This document shows, in pieces, positions 1-9,859 of a stretch of 64,000 nucleotides of DNA. Below the pieces are notes generated by a model that was not told the DNA's origin, searched no databases, and was given only the letters and a program-made list of their open reading frames with translations. This stretch comes from Candidatus Shapirobacteria bacterium (GTDB lineage: Bacteria > Patescibacteriota > Microgenomatia > UBA12405): positions 90,774-154,773 of the forward strand of contig JACPHO010000001.1 in the NCBI GenBank assembly GCA_016188545.1. The letters run 5' to 3'. The stretch's first letter is position 1. Each line of letters opens with the position of its first letter. The position numbers were made by a program, and so were the translations under genes.

Positions 1-338
1 ACCAATCTCTCGTTTTGAGTTGGGGAGGGTAGAATCAACCAGTAGTCCCTGTCGGTCCCGATACCAAAATATTGCCTCTGGTTACGCTCTATCATAGTAC
101 TACTTGTTGCTTCGTTATTCAGTTTCAAATATCTTCGCTTTTCAGACTCTATCTCATCTACCCTACGCTCAAGGGTGTCCACTCGCTTCTCTGCGGACTT
201 CAAAGTAACAAATTGGCGGTAAATGTTAACCAATGATGTGTATATAATGTATCCCAGAATCCAGTAAAACGATCCTTGTTTTACTATCTGCCATAGCCTA
301 GATTGTGTTTTGTCCTTATTTATGTTACTATAAGTCAT
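1..338 (-). CDS. Partial ORF running off the window edge; FtsB/DivIC-like septum formation initiator
   Basis: Manual translation (absent from the ORF track): MTYSNINKDK...FYWILGYIIYTSLV (TM helix), then coiled coil KRVDTLERRVDEIESEK and IERNQRQYFG; frame is open to position 1. Confidence 0.5.
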   Translation of the reverse strand, partial: MTYSNINKDKTQSRLWQIVKQGSFYWILGYIIYTSLVNIYRQFVTLKSAEKRVDTLERRVDEIESEKRRYLKLNNEATSSTMIERNQRQYFGIGTDRDYWLILPSPTQNERL

Positions 339-360
339 ATTTAAGCGTTAACTTTAATTC

Positions 361-1227
361 ATGAGTCAAATAACCATTGATGCTGCCCTTAATTTGTTCA
401 CTGGAGCACTTGCCAAGAGAGGCAAGTCAACTAATACTATTGTAGCCTACAAGGGAGACATCAACCAATTAATCAACTTCCTTAAGTCTCAAAACATAAC
501 TACCATTGACGACATTCTTGCCACCCACATTGAAGCCTTCAAAAAAGATCTAATCAACAACAATTACACCGCCAAATCAGTCTCCCGCAAACTAAATTCT
601 ATCAAAAACTTTTTCTCATTCCTCTTATCTGAAAGTGTTATTACCAAGGATCCTTCCACCGAAGTTAAGCATCCAAAATATGAAAACGATATACCCAAGA
701 TCCTCAAACCTTTAGAGTATCGCTCTCTTCGTGATGCTTGTCGTAACGACGTCCGTTCCACTGCTATTGTCGAGCTAATGCTCCAGTCAGGTCTTCGCAT
801 CAAAGAAATCGAAAATCTAAAACTAGAGAACATCCGTGAGAATGACATTTTTATCGAGAGTTATGAAAGTCACTCTTCTCGTGTCGTACCTATGAATAAT
901 TCTGCTAAAACAGCTCTCAAAAAGTATCTCGATGAAGGCCGCTATCAGTCCAAAGCCAAGAACGTCTTTGTCACCAAAACTGGTCGTCATCTTCTAGCCC
1001 GTAATATCCGCAGTTTACTCAATCGTTATTTTGACAAAGCCGACATCAAAGGTGTCAAAGTTAATGACCTACGCAACACCTTTATTGTCTTCCAGCTCAA
1101 ATCAGGCGTCCCCATTGACGTCGTTTCCCAGGTTGTTGGACACAAGCGCATTTCCACTACCGAAAAATATCTCGAACTCATCGATTCCAAAGAAGAATCA
1201 AAAGGCATAAAATTAAAAGAATTATAA
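361..1227 (+). CDS. XerC/XerD-family tyrosine recombinase
   Basis: N-terminal SAM-like domain (NTIVAYKGD, SVSRKLNSIKNFF), SGLRIKE, DLRNTF, VGHKRISTTEKY with catalytic Tyr. Confidence 0.9.
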   Translation: MSQITIDAALNLFTGALAKRGKSTNTIVAYKGDINQLINFLKSQNITTIDDILATHIEAFKKDLINNNYTAKSVSRKLNSIKNFFSFLLSESVITKDPSTEVKHPKYENDIPKILKPLEYRSLRDACRNDVRSTAIVELMLQSGLRIKEIENLKLENIRENDIFIESYESHSSRVVPMNNSAKTALKKYLDEGRYQSKAKNVFVTKTGRHLLARNIRSLLNRYFDKADIKGVKVNDLRNTFIVFQLKSGVPIDVVSQVVGHKRISTTEKYLELIDSKEESKGIKLKEL

Positions 1228-1288
1228 TAACAGATTTAGACAAATAGATTTTTATCACCAATAAATTATAATTATTCAATCAAATAAA

Positions 1289-1531
1289 GTGCCAGAATCT
1301 AAACAAGTTGAAGGGTTTTCAACATCTGAACCAAACTCAACACTGGTTGATTACGCTTATTTGGTAGCAGAATATGAACAACAAGCCAGCTCAACTGGAG
1401 GAAGAGTATCTAAATCAACTGGAGATATCTGTACTATGCAATATTTTAATAAAAGCGGTGGGTTGGTTACGACGATATCTTTCAACAAATCAACCAGAAC
1501 CTTGTCACTTATCCCAAATCTCGAAGAATAG
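1289..1531 (+). CDS. Hypothetical protein
   Basis: 80-aa ORF, GTG start, TATAAT about 20 nt upstream, fills the gap between genes. Confidence 0.45.
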   Translation: MPESKQVEGFSTSEPNSTLVDYAYLVAEYEQQASSTGGRVSKSTGDICTMQYFNKSGGLVTTISFNKSTRTLSLIPNLEE

Positions 1532-1532
1532 T

Positions 1533-3866
1533 CTATAGTTTTGCTCTCTTCCCAATATCACTCTCGACAATTTCTTTTGGTCGGCCGTATTTTAGTGATG
1601 ACAACTTCTTGATCATTGTCGCCAGCTCCTTGTTTCCTGGTTTTTTGATTTCATCAGCAGTCACGTTTAGTGAAAAAGGTGGCTGAGGGATACCGTTAAC
1701 CATCGTCTTCAAATAAGTATGTCCGATAGGTAAGTTAAGTAAATCGTGTTCGTTAAACTCCGGTTTAAATTGGTTCACCAAAAATGAGGCATCCGAAATA
1801 CCTACTCGAAATGAACAAATCGACCCTACATTTCCAAATACGGCGTTTTTAATCTCGTCATCCATCTGGCTGATAAACTGATTTCCTACCGTCAAATTCA
1901 GATGGTATTTTCTAGCTTCGCTCATAATCACCGCAAAATCCTGGGTGGCAAAATTCTGAAACTCGTCCACATATAGGTAAAAGTCTTTTCGTAGAGGTTC
2001 TGGGGTATCCTGACGGCTCATCGCCGCGATCAATATTTTTGGAATCAACACCAATCCCAAGAATGCTGAATTTTCCTCACCAATGCTACCCTTGGCCAGG
2101 TTAATTATCAAAATCTTTCCCTCATCCATGGCAGTTCTGAAGTTGAACGAACTGGTAGATTGCCCAATGATGTTTCTCATCATGGTATTGGTAATAAACC
2201 GACCAAATTTCGAGACGATGTAATCCAGTACCTCAGATTTATGGAATTCATTGGTATTAGCAATTTGGTCAGTCCAATAGCGCTTCACCATCGGGTCAGC
2301 CACTTTGGGCAACAGTTGTTGGACAAACGATGGGTCAGTCAAACATCGTACGATTTCGATAAAAGTTGCCCCCGGTTCAGCCATCACTGTCAACATTATG
2401 TTTCGGATTGCATGTTCAAATCGAGGTCCCACAATACCTGTTTTATAAGGATCGTACAATTTGTACATCAAGTTAATGATGGATGAGGTCACAAAATCCT
2501 TTTGATCTTCACGTTCACATTCCATGACGTTAAAGCCCATCGGTCGGTCTACCATTCCCGGATCAAAATAAATTACATCCTCAATCCTCTCCGGTGGTAT
2601 CCGTTCTAGTATCATTTCGTAGGTATCGTGAGGATCAATAAAACACACTCCCTTACCAGCCTTGATATCCTGCAGCGCCATATTAGCCAGTAGCCACGAT
2701 TTACCCACACCAGTTTGTCCCACCACATAAAAATGACGCTGCCGGTCTTTGGTGGTTACATGAAATTTTTTCTTAATACCTCGGTAGTGGTTTTCACCTA
2801 TATATATCCCCTCATCAGGACTATCAGTTGGAGCCGGTGCTCCCTTTGCTTTGAGCCAGTAAATATTAGGAGTTTCAATCGTCTTGTTAGGAAAATGAAA
2901 AATCGAAGCAATCTCATCAGAGGACAGAATAGTTTTCCCCTTGTGCCAATAAATGATTGGATATTTGTATATAAAGTCGTCCAAGAAAAATTTTTTGATC
3001 CAGATTTTTCGGCTAGAAAGCTTATTCCAAGGCGACTCGTATTGGCCAAATGTAGCCTTAATATTCGATAAATTCATCTTAGCAGTTTCTTCGTTTGGAG
3101 CAAACGAAACTATTCGGATCGCTGTTTCAAATCCAACTTTACTCGACTTCACATCAATCGCTTCCAGCTGTCGGGCATCGACTTTGTAACTAGCTTTTTC
3201 CGGGTTTGCCTCTGATTTTTTGGTACTTGATACAAACCCCTTTCCTGCTTTTGCCCAGCCTCCATCGGTTGGTGACAGCACCAGCTGTATAGCCATCGTT
3301 TCATTCGCCTCTAGTTTCGACATGGCTGAAGTGATAGTCGATAGGGGATCAGTCGGGATATCTTTGTAGGTTTTAAGTGGAAAGTATGGTGTCTTTTTTA
3401 TTCCCATCCAGGCATACTCTGCCTTACCTTCTTCGGGGTAAATATTTGGCTCTTCTACTTCCTGAACGTCGGCTCCGGCATAGACACTGTAAATCTGTTT
3501 TTCCATAAAGTCTTGAGTCTTTCGTGGAATACAAATATAAAATTTTATATCTTCATGCGTACCGATCATTTCCAAGGACACACTCGGTTGAGCCTGAAAT
3601 CTCTGTAAAAACTTAAACCTAGCGCTTTTATACAAACTAGAAAGCGATCCTAGTATGTGTTCCATAGCATCTATCTTAATTTCATTTTCTTCAGGAACAG
3701 CTACTAAAAGTGTTACCATCTCAAGTGACTTTTCTTCCCTATCTTTCCACTTATACCATAGTACAAATACCGCTAACAAAGCCCATAACAATACTAATAC
3801 CATAACAGTGATCATCAGCATCATCATTGCGTTTGTAGCAAACGCCATCAAAACATCAGGGGTCAT
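1533..3866 (-). CDS. Membrane-anchored VirB4/TrwB/HerA-like ATPase (CPR type)
   Basis: N-terminal TM; DRQRHFYVVGQTGVGKS (Walker A), FIDPH, LYVDEFQNF (Walker B), SEARKY..NQ. Confidence 0.85.
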   Translation of the reverse strand: MTPDVLMAFATNAMMMLMITVMVLVLLWALLAVFVLWYKWKDREEKSLEMVTLLVAVPEENEIKIDAMEHILGSLSSLYKSARFKFLQRFQAQPSVSLEMIGTHEDIKFYICIPRKTQDFMEKQIYSVYAGADVQEVEEPNIYPEEGKAEYAWMGIKKTPYFPLKTYKDIPTDPLSTITSAMSKLEANETMAIQLVLSPTDGGWAKAGKGFVSSTKKSEANPEKASYKVDARQLEAIDVKSSKVGFETAIRIVSFAPNEETAKMNLSNIKATFGQYESPWNKLSSRKIWIKKFFLDDFIYKYPIIYWHKGKTILSSDEIASIFHFPNKTIETPNIYWLKAKGAPAPTDSPDEGIYIGENHYRGIKKKFHVTTKDRQRHFYVVGQTGVGKSWLLANMALQDIKAGKGVCFIDPHDTYEMILERIPPERIEDVIYFDPGMVDRPMGFNVMECEREDQKDFVTSSIINLMYKLYDPYKTGIVGPRFEHAIRNIMLTVMAEPGATFIEIVRCLTDPSFVQQLLPKVADPMVKRYWTDQIANTNEFHKSEVLDYIVSKFGRFITNTMMRNIIGQSTSSFNFRTAMDEGKILIINLAKGSIGEENSAFLGLVLIPKILIAAMSRQDTPEPLRKDFYLYVDEFQNFATQDFAVIMSEARKYHLNLTVGNQFISQMDDEIKNAVFGNVGSICSFRVGISDASFLVNQFKPEFNEHDLLNLPIGHTYLKTMVNGIPQPPFSLNVTADEIKKPGNKELATMIKKLSSLKYGRPKEIVESDIGKRAKL

Positions 3867-4270
3867 TCTTGTTTAAATTTTACATTACCTTTCCTCTTTT
3901 TTATTAGTTTGAGTAAAAATCCGGATAGCCATCTACCCGCTTCGTTGACTGTTTTCTTAAACCCCTCTACAAACCTAGCCCGGGTAACTGGTAGAACCAC
4001 TTTTGGATTTTGGTTTGGAGTCGGTACTAGTACTGGCTGTCCACTGTCATCATGAACAGTCTTCATTTGCCCTGGGTCTTCCTCGATCTTTTGCATCCAG
4101 CTTTTTACTTCGTGAGGAACTCGTGGAGTTGTCTCTCTAACATCAGTCATTACCTCGACCTTATGTCGCCGCTCAGTACCTGTTATTACCTCAGGTTTTT
4201 GTTCTGTTCTAGTTTCTAGAATCTCGTTTCTAGTTTCTGTCCCAAGGTTTTCTTTAGCTTCTGCCATCAA
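3863..4270 (-). CDS. Hypothetical protein coupled to the ATPase
   Basis: 135 aa; stop overlaps the ATPase start by 4 nt. Confidence 0.65.
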   Translation of the reverse strand: MMAEAKENLGTETRNEILETRTEQKPEVITGTERRHKVEVMTDVRETTPRVPHEVKSWMQKIEEDPGQMKTVHDDSGQPVLVPTPNQNPKVVLPVTRARFVEGFKKTVNEAGRWLSGFLLKLIKKRKGNVKFKQE

Positions 4271-4305
4271 TTTTAAGTATAAACTAATCTTTTTCTAAAA
4301 GTTTA

Positions 4306-4400
4306 CCCTGAGCGAGTAAAACGAGTCGAATGGGTCATTGCGAGGAACAGTTACCACAGTGACCTGCCTACCGGCAGGCAGGCGTGGCAATCTCGTTGGA
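4306..4400. repeat. Composite REP-like palindromic element
   Basis: CCCTGAGCGAG..GTCGAATGGG fused to GTCATTGCGAGG...GTGGCAATCTCGTTGGAA, containing CCTGCCTACCGGCAGGCAGG (4363-4382); related copies at 14653 and 42658. Confidence 0.75.
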
Positions 4401-4443
4401 ATCACTCCAGCCTTGTTTTTCCTTCCTATTCTCGTTTCTACCC

Positions 4444-4881
4444 TTACTTTATCTTTTCTGCCAAACCATCGTATACGTCAGCCAACCAAGCCACTGATGA
4501 TGAAAACTTTAAACTTTCACCAGTAATTTTATCTGGAATTTTTTTCATTAAAATATCCATCCCTCGGTCAGAATCCAAAAGGACTGCTCCAAGCAGCACT
4601 GAACCCGTACCTGTTGCTAACTCTCCAGGAATAAGTTTGGTTACAATACTATCTACTTCCGGGTTAGTCAAAATTGATACCAATGCGCCTGCATCAATTA
4701 ATACGCCACCTACTATCAAACAATCCCCGACGGTAATCTCATGTTCTCCTACAGCCCTCAATCGCTCTGCATTTTTCTGTAAAAATTCTCTTACCCCAGT
4801 TTTTAATGATTCTTTTGCGCTACTACTAATAATATCTTTCATTCGAAATTCTAGCACGAATAATTGCCATTTCACTCTCAA
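4444..4881 (-). CDS. Hypothetical membrane protein (true start probably the internal MKDIISS ATG near 4842)
   Basis: 145-aa ORF with two hydrophobic segments. Confidence 0.5.
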   Translation of the reverse strand: MRVKWQLFVLEFRMKDIISSSAKESLKTGVREFLQKNAERLRAVGEHEITVGDCLIVGGVLIDAGALVSILTNPEVDSIVTKLIPGELATGTGSVLLGAVLLDSDRGMDILMKKIPDKITGESLKFSSSVAWLADVYDGLAEKIK

Positions 4882-4917
4882 CTATTCACTGTCATACATA
4901 GTTTATATTTTTTATAG

Positions 4918-5040
4918 AATTCCTAATTCCTAATTCCTAATTCCTAATTCCTAATTCCTAATTCCTAATTCCTAATTCCTAATTCCTAATTCCTAATTCC
5001 TAATTCCTAATTCCTAATTCCTAATTATTAATTATTAATT
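4918..5040. repeat. Heptamer tandem repeat (AATTCCT)x15 plus degenerate AATTATT units
   Basis: 15 perfect units at 4918-5022, then AATTATT AATTATT AATT. Confidence 0.97.
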
Positions 5041-5060
5041 CACGTTATACTACCTTAACT

Positions 5061-6245
5061 ATGTCCTCAGACACCAGCTTTGACCAAATTCGTAAAATCG
5101 ACAACAGCCGTCGTTCTGCTCCGTTTGCCGCCATTCTAATGATTGGCCTTACTCTCCTGATTTTTTATTGGTTCTTTCGTGGTGGCAGTTTTCGACTCTA
5201 TGCTAGTGTCTTTTTTGGTTTGTACTTTATTACCCGTCAAATCTGGGTCTCGGTTCTTCTCATTGGTATTATCCAAAACATTGTCTTTTTGCCACTCCAC
5301 TTTATGTGGCTCAAAATGTCCACCTCGATCAAGTCATTCGAAGACGAGATAGATGCCATCAAAGCCCCCGATGAGCAATACATTGTCTTTCAACAAAAGG
5401 TAAAAAAAGGGGACTTTGCCGCCTCATTTTACATCTTTAGTTTTATTCTCAACGCCATTGCTTTCTTCTCCGCCGGTAGAGTATTCCTTATCGACTTTTA
5501 CACCAAAAATCTCGATCCCGAACTGATTTATTCTTTTATTCCCTATCCGGAATACCCACTTCAGGGCACCATCTTTAATTTCCCCTTTTTCAAGGTCACC
5601 GACACTACCACTGTTGATTGGGAGTATATTATTTTCTTCTGGCTCGGAGTCACTATATTTTTTGCAGTTATTCGTCTCTTGTGGAGATTCCTCAAAATAT
5701 TTTTAGCCAAAAACGAGTCTATTCTCAAATACCGCATTGGTTACAACAAAATCCTTTTTGGCATTGGGGGAGTCGGGCTTACTCTCATTGTTCTTTCTGC
5801 TTACTTTTTACGACATATACCCACCAATGCCGTCTTCATTTGGCTCAGTGTCAATCTAACTCGACAAAACAGTACTATGAATTTAATCACTGCTATCGGT
5901 ACTTTTCTAACCACCATTGCCGCCGGATACAAGAATAGTAATATCAGTGCCAAGAATCTCCTCGCTGCCGGAGTCGCCAAAGAAATTGTCGAACAAATAA
6001 CCCGGGACAAGATGCGTCAAAGCTTCAAAAACGCCTTACTTTTGGGAATTGGCGCTTACACCATTACCTCACAGATCCCCAGCGCCTTCGAGCTTTCCGT
6101 GGCCACCTTCGAGGTTCTTTACATCATCTCTCCTTATACCTTTGACCGTTTTCTCACCCAAGTCGCCAACAAATCCACCCCCACCCCAGCCCCCGGTGAA
6201 TCTACCCCCCTCGCATCTCCTCCCGTCGATGCTCCCAAATCCTAG
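5061..6245 (+). CDS. Polytopic membrane protein with a YidC/Oxa1-like N-terminal region
   Basis: Multiple TM helices; IWVSVLLIGIIQNIVFLPL followed by a coiled hairpin resembles YidC TM1-CH; Pro-rich tail. Confidence 0.6.
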   Translation: MSSDTSFDQIRKIDNSRRSAPFAAILMIGLTLLIFYWFFRGGSFRLYASVFFGLYFITRQIWVSVLLIGIIQNIVFLPLHFMWLKMSTSIKSFEDEIDAIKAPDEQYIVFQQKVKKGDFAASFYIFSFILNAIAFFSAGRVFLIDFYTKNLDPELIYSFIPYPEYPLQGTIFNFPFFKVTDTTTVDWEYIIFFWLGVTIFFAVIRLLWRFLKIFLAKNESILKYRIGYNKILFGIGGVGLTLIVLSAYFLRHIPTNAVFIWLSVNLTRQNSTMNLITAIGTFLTTIAAGYKNSNISAKNLLAAGVAKEIVEQITRDKMRQSFKNALLLGIGAYTITSQIPSAFELSVATFEVLYIISPYTFDRFLTQVANKSTPTPAPGESTPLASPPVDAPKS

Positions 6246-7303
6246 ACATCGCGGTTAACCATATAAAGAGCTACACCCTGTATAAAATCAATCGCCTCAC
6301 TATTCAAATTCAGTGATCTCAGCTTTTCGGCAATATCAGCTGCCTTTTGGGCATAGCTTCGGCTAATATTTCCCGAATATTGTAACGATCTGCTATCAAT
6401 TATGGCTTGTTTCGCCCCATCAATATCAGTCTGCTTTGCAGACCTCTTGCCCCAAACTTTTTTCAAAGCTTCAATTTGTTTGGGTGTTCCATCTTTCAAA
6501 GTCCGTAGAATCAGTAAAGTTACTTTTCCCTGAAGTAAGTCGGAGTTGGCGGATTTACCAGTTTTTTCCGGGTCGCCAAATACTCCTAAGATATCATCCT
6601 GCAGTTGAAATGCTACCCCTCCATCCATCGAATAGTCAGTCAATATCTTCAGTGTGTCTTCACCAAGTCCGGCTAGCATTGCTCCAATATGTAATGGGTT
6701 TTCGTAAGTATAAATTGCTGTTTTTGCCCTGTGGACAGTAATCACATCGTCCTCAGTACACTTTTCTAATATCTTTTCCAAAGTAACATCATAAGCTTGA
6801 CCCCAGGCAGTATTGGTTATTCCTCTTAACATTTTTAAGGTAGCTCTTCGTACTAATTTGTCCTCAAATTCTGCACTAAGTAATAGTTCTTGTCCGATTT
6901 CCAATACTGCGTCGCCCACATCAACCGCCATCGAATCTCCATAGTGTCTGTCTCCATCTTCAAAGTATTTATGTGTGGTTGGTTTGCCACGTCGGACATC
7001 GTCCTGATCCATCATATCGTCGTGCATCAGTAGGGCAGTATGTACCAACTCGACTCCAATTGCCGCTTTCCATATCCGGTCGTCTACCGGTTTCCCTAGT
7101 AAGTATCCATAGTAAGTAAACGCTCCCCTCAGTCTCTTTGAAGACCTCAAGCTGTGTTCACTCGCATGCTCTACCATTTTCCTGACCAGATCCATTTGTT
7201 TTTGGTTGTATCCGAATCCTAGGGCAAGTTCACTCTCCCAGTATTCTTTTAATTTTGCATCAATAATTGGCACAAATTGTTGAAGTGTTTCTTTTGCGTT
7301 CAT
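6242..7303 (-). CDS. Polyprenyl (geranylgeranyl-type) diphosphate synthase
   Basis: KRLR, FARM motif LMHDDMMDQDDVRRGKPT, KTA, SARM motif FQLQDDILG, GKVT. Confidence 0.93.
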   Translation of the reverse strand: MNAKETLQQFVPIIDAKLKEYWESELALGFGYNQKQMDLVRKMVEHASEHSLRSSKRLRGAFTYYGYLLGKPVDDRIWKAAIGVELVHTALLMHDDMMDQDDVRRGKPTTHKYFEDGDRHYGDSMAVDVGDAVLEIGQELLLSAEFEDKLVRRATLKMLRGITNTAWGQAYDVTLEKILEKCTEDDVITVHRAKTAIYTYENPLHIGAMLAGLGEDTLKILTDYSMDGGVAFQLQDDILGVFGDPEKTGKSANSDLLQGKVTLLILRTLKDGTPKQIEALKKVWGKRSAKQTDIDGAKQAIIDSRSLQYSGNISRSYAQKAADIAEKLRSLNLNSEAIDFIQGVALYMVNRDV

Positions 7304-7414
7304 ATTCCCTATTAGTCGCTATTATTTTAAATATCCTCCGTATTCTATCTTATTTCGCTCTAACGTACTAAAGTTCCAAAGTTCTAACCATCTAATTTTC
7401 TGCTAATCTTAATC

Positions 7415-8590
7415 ATGCCCGTCACACAACCACGGTTTACCATCACCTTTGGCGGTTGGTACCAGCGCACCACTCTTCATCTCTCCGAGATTTACGACCT
7501 CTTCGCCCTTGGCCATTCCGGACTAAAATTAGATCAGGCCACTCTTACCACTCTTCACCAAAAACTCGACTTTGTCACAGTCACTCGTGAATGGGGAGAA
7601 CTCGAATATATCAAGTGCCTAACTTCCGACGGCATCGAAGTTCGCTATTACGAAGATGGACTTTATGTCCTGATTATCAATAGTACCCACATCGTCACCG
7701 GCCAAAAAAAGCTAAGAGAATATTATGACAACAGTCTAGCTCCGGCAATTTCATATATTTTTTCGCTCGGTGCCCCCACTCCCAAAGTCCTTGCCAATAT
7801 CCGCCAAGAGCACCCTACCGTCGTCTCTGCCTACACTACCACCCCCAAAACTTTTTTTGCCAAGTTAAAATTCGGCCCGGTCTATAGCCAAATCACTTCA
7901 CCCTCTCTTTCAGTCTACAAAACCCCCGCCCACATTATCATTCTCAGCAAAAGCAGTCCGGAGGATGTCAACAAACTAATCGAAATGCAAATATTTTTCC
8001 GTGAATTCAAAGACCAGCTCCACCGCTATCTCAATCTCCATCGGGAAATCTGGGAAGAAATCTCCGACATCAAGGAGCGCGGTTCAGTTTCCGGTAGAGA
8101 AGTCGAGTCCCTGCGGGCTCGTCTCGACTCCTATCAGAAGACTATCAATCTCATCAAAAGTCGTCTCAATCAAATGGGCACCTATGTTCGCACCCGAGCC
8201 TCAATTGCCAAAAAATTAGAATTAGAAGACCAGCTGGCTTCTGTCTTCCAATACAAATTCGAAACTCTCACCAATACCCATTCCTATGTTCAGGACATCT
8301 GGAAAATGACTCAGGATTATGTCGATACCGCCATTCAGGTGATTAACGAAGTCAAAGCTCATAGCACCAGTAACGGTATCAATTCCTTGCGATTAATTAC
8401 CACGATCGGAGTTCTCTCCGGAATTTTCGGCTATCTGAGTAAAGACCAGTTCCCCACCTTTACTCTCATTGGTCTTTGGTACTTTTTAGTTCTGGTTTTG
8501 GGTACATGGATAATCAATCAGGCTGTCACTACCGCTTTCAGGTCAATCCATTATCGTCTTAAATTTGCCAACAATCAGGGGATAAAATAA
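7415..8590 (+). CDS. Hypothetical protein with CorA-like architecture
   Basis: Soluble N-terminal domain, long helical stalk, two C-terminal TM helices; no GMN motif. Confidence 0.6.
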   Translation: MPVTQPRFTITFGGWYQRTTLHLSEIYDLFALGHSGLKLDQATLTTLHQKLDFVTVTREWGELEYIKCLTSDGIEVRYYEDGLYVLIINSTHIVTGQKKLREYYDNSLAPAISYIFSLGAPTPKVLANIRQEHPTVVSAYTTTPKTFFAKLKFGPVYSQITSPSLSVYKTPAHIIILSKSSPEDVNKLIEMQIFFREFKDQLHRYLNLHREIWEEISDIKERGSVSGREVESLRARLDSYQKTINLIKSRLNQMGTYVRTRASIAKKLELEDQLASVFQYKFETLTNTHSYVQDIWKMTQDYVDTAIQVINEVKAHSTSNGINSLRLITTIGVLSGIFGYLSKDQFPTFTLIGLWYFLVLVLGTWIINQAVTTAFRSIHYRLKFANNQGIK

Positions 8591-8610
8591 TATTCTCATT
8601 TCATTGAAAA

Positions 8611-9732
8611 TTGAAAATTGTAAATTATAAATTGAAAAATGGCAGTTTTCTCTCTGCCATTTTTCTCATGTTCATGGGCACTGTTGGCTCAGGCATTTTT
8701 GTCCTGCCTTATCTCTTTTATCATTCCAACTTTATTTTTGCGGTTTTCTTTTTACTTATCCTCGGACTGGTGACCGGGGTTCTCAACCACTTTTATGCCC
8801 ACATTGTCACCTCTACTTCCGGCGACCACCAACTTGCCGGTTATGCCCGCATTTACCTTGGTCATCGATTTGCATCTTTGGCTACTCTCAACTTACTCTT
8901 ACTTTCTTTCGGAGCCATTGCCGTTTATCTCAAACTTTTTGTTAGTTTTATCTCCTTGCTCTTCCCCACATTTTCTCCGTTTTTACTTTTGACTTTTTAC
9001 TTTTTACTTTTATCTCTACTCTACTTTCTCTACTTTCACCCCTCGCCAACTTTCGACTTTATCATCCCCGTCTTTATGCTCCTCATTCCCATTTTTTTAT
9101 TTGTTTATTCATTTAGATTTTCACTATTAACTATTAACTATTCACTATTAACTAGTCCATCCTTCAAGTTCTTCGGTGCTACCATCTATGCTCTTTCTGG
9201 TTTCACTATTATTCCCGAAGTACAGGAAATTCTCTTAAAGGACAAAAAACACCGTCACTCATTACCACTGGTCGTTACTCTGGGAATGATTATGGTTATC
9301 TTTTGCTATCTCATGTTTATATATGGGGTCATCGCCATCAGCAATGGGGGAGTAAGTATCGATGCAGTCACTGGTCTCTCCCGTTCGACCCCTCTATTGG
9401 CTAAAATTATTTCCGGTTTTGGAGCGGTCATTGTTATGCGGGCTTCTTTCGGATTTCTCATTGTTCTGCGGGAACTGTTTTTCCGTGACCTGTCACTTCC
9501 CAAAAATCTTTCCAACATTCTCCCCTTATCATTCCCCATTCTGGCGCTGACTCTGGGATCGATATCACTTATTTCCCTCATCTCTCTGACAGGCAATATT
9601 ACTATTTTCGTTTCTGCTTTGCTAATTTGTCTCATCCGCCTCCGGCTCCCCACCACTTTTTGGACTCAATTTTGGGTACTGTTAGTACTCATCAGCCTAT
9701 TTCTTGGTTTAGTCATCAACTTTATTTTCTAG
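8611..9732 (+). CDS. Amino acid permease (aromatic amino acid/APC-like)
   Basis: GTVGSGIFVLPY, YALSGFTIIPE, about 11 TM helices; TTG start (8611 or 8632) lies inside heptamer repeats. Confidence 0.8.
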   Translation: MKIVNYKLKNGSFLSAIFLMFMGTVGSGIFVLPYLFYHSNFIFAVFFLLILGLVTGVLNHFYAHIVTSTSGDHQLAGYARIYLGHRFASLATLNLLLLSFGAIAVYLKLFVSFISLLFPTFSPFLLLTFYFLLLSLLYFLYFHPSPTFDFIIPVFMLLIPIFLFVYSFRFSLLTINYSLLTSPSFKFFGATIYALSGFTIIPEVQEILLKDKKHRHSLPLVVTLGMIMVIFCYLMFIYGVIAISNGGVSIDAVTGLSRSTPLLAKIISGFGAVIVMRASFGFLIVLRELFFRDLSLPKNLSNILPLSFPILALTLGSISLISLISLTGNITIFVSALLICLIRLRLPTTFWTQFWVLLVLISLFLGLVINFIF

Positions 9733-9859
9733 CTAGTCTTTTGGAGCTTCGGGTGTCCTCTGTGTTTTTATTGTCCTAATCCTTCTGACAATTACACCCA
9801 AACATATAAACATTTCCCGATTTACCGGTAAATGATACATCTCCGATAATTTACGGGAT

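Noticed and set aside
361-4270. Integrative conjugative element (recombinase plus VirB4-like ATPase)
   Set aside because: No relaxase, other T4SS genes or att repeats; host-like composition and core neighbours
4338-4526. Short ORFs containing TCLPAGRR (also 14625-14846 and 42639-42935)
   Set aside because: These are translations of the REP-like repeats, not supported as genes
4918-5022. Possible CRISPR array
   Set aside because: 7-bp units with no spacers and no cas genes in the window
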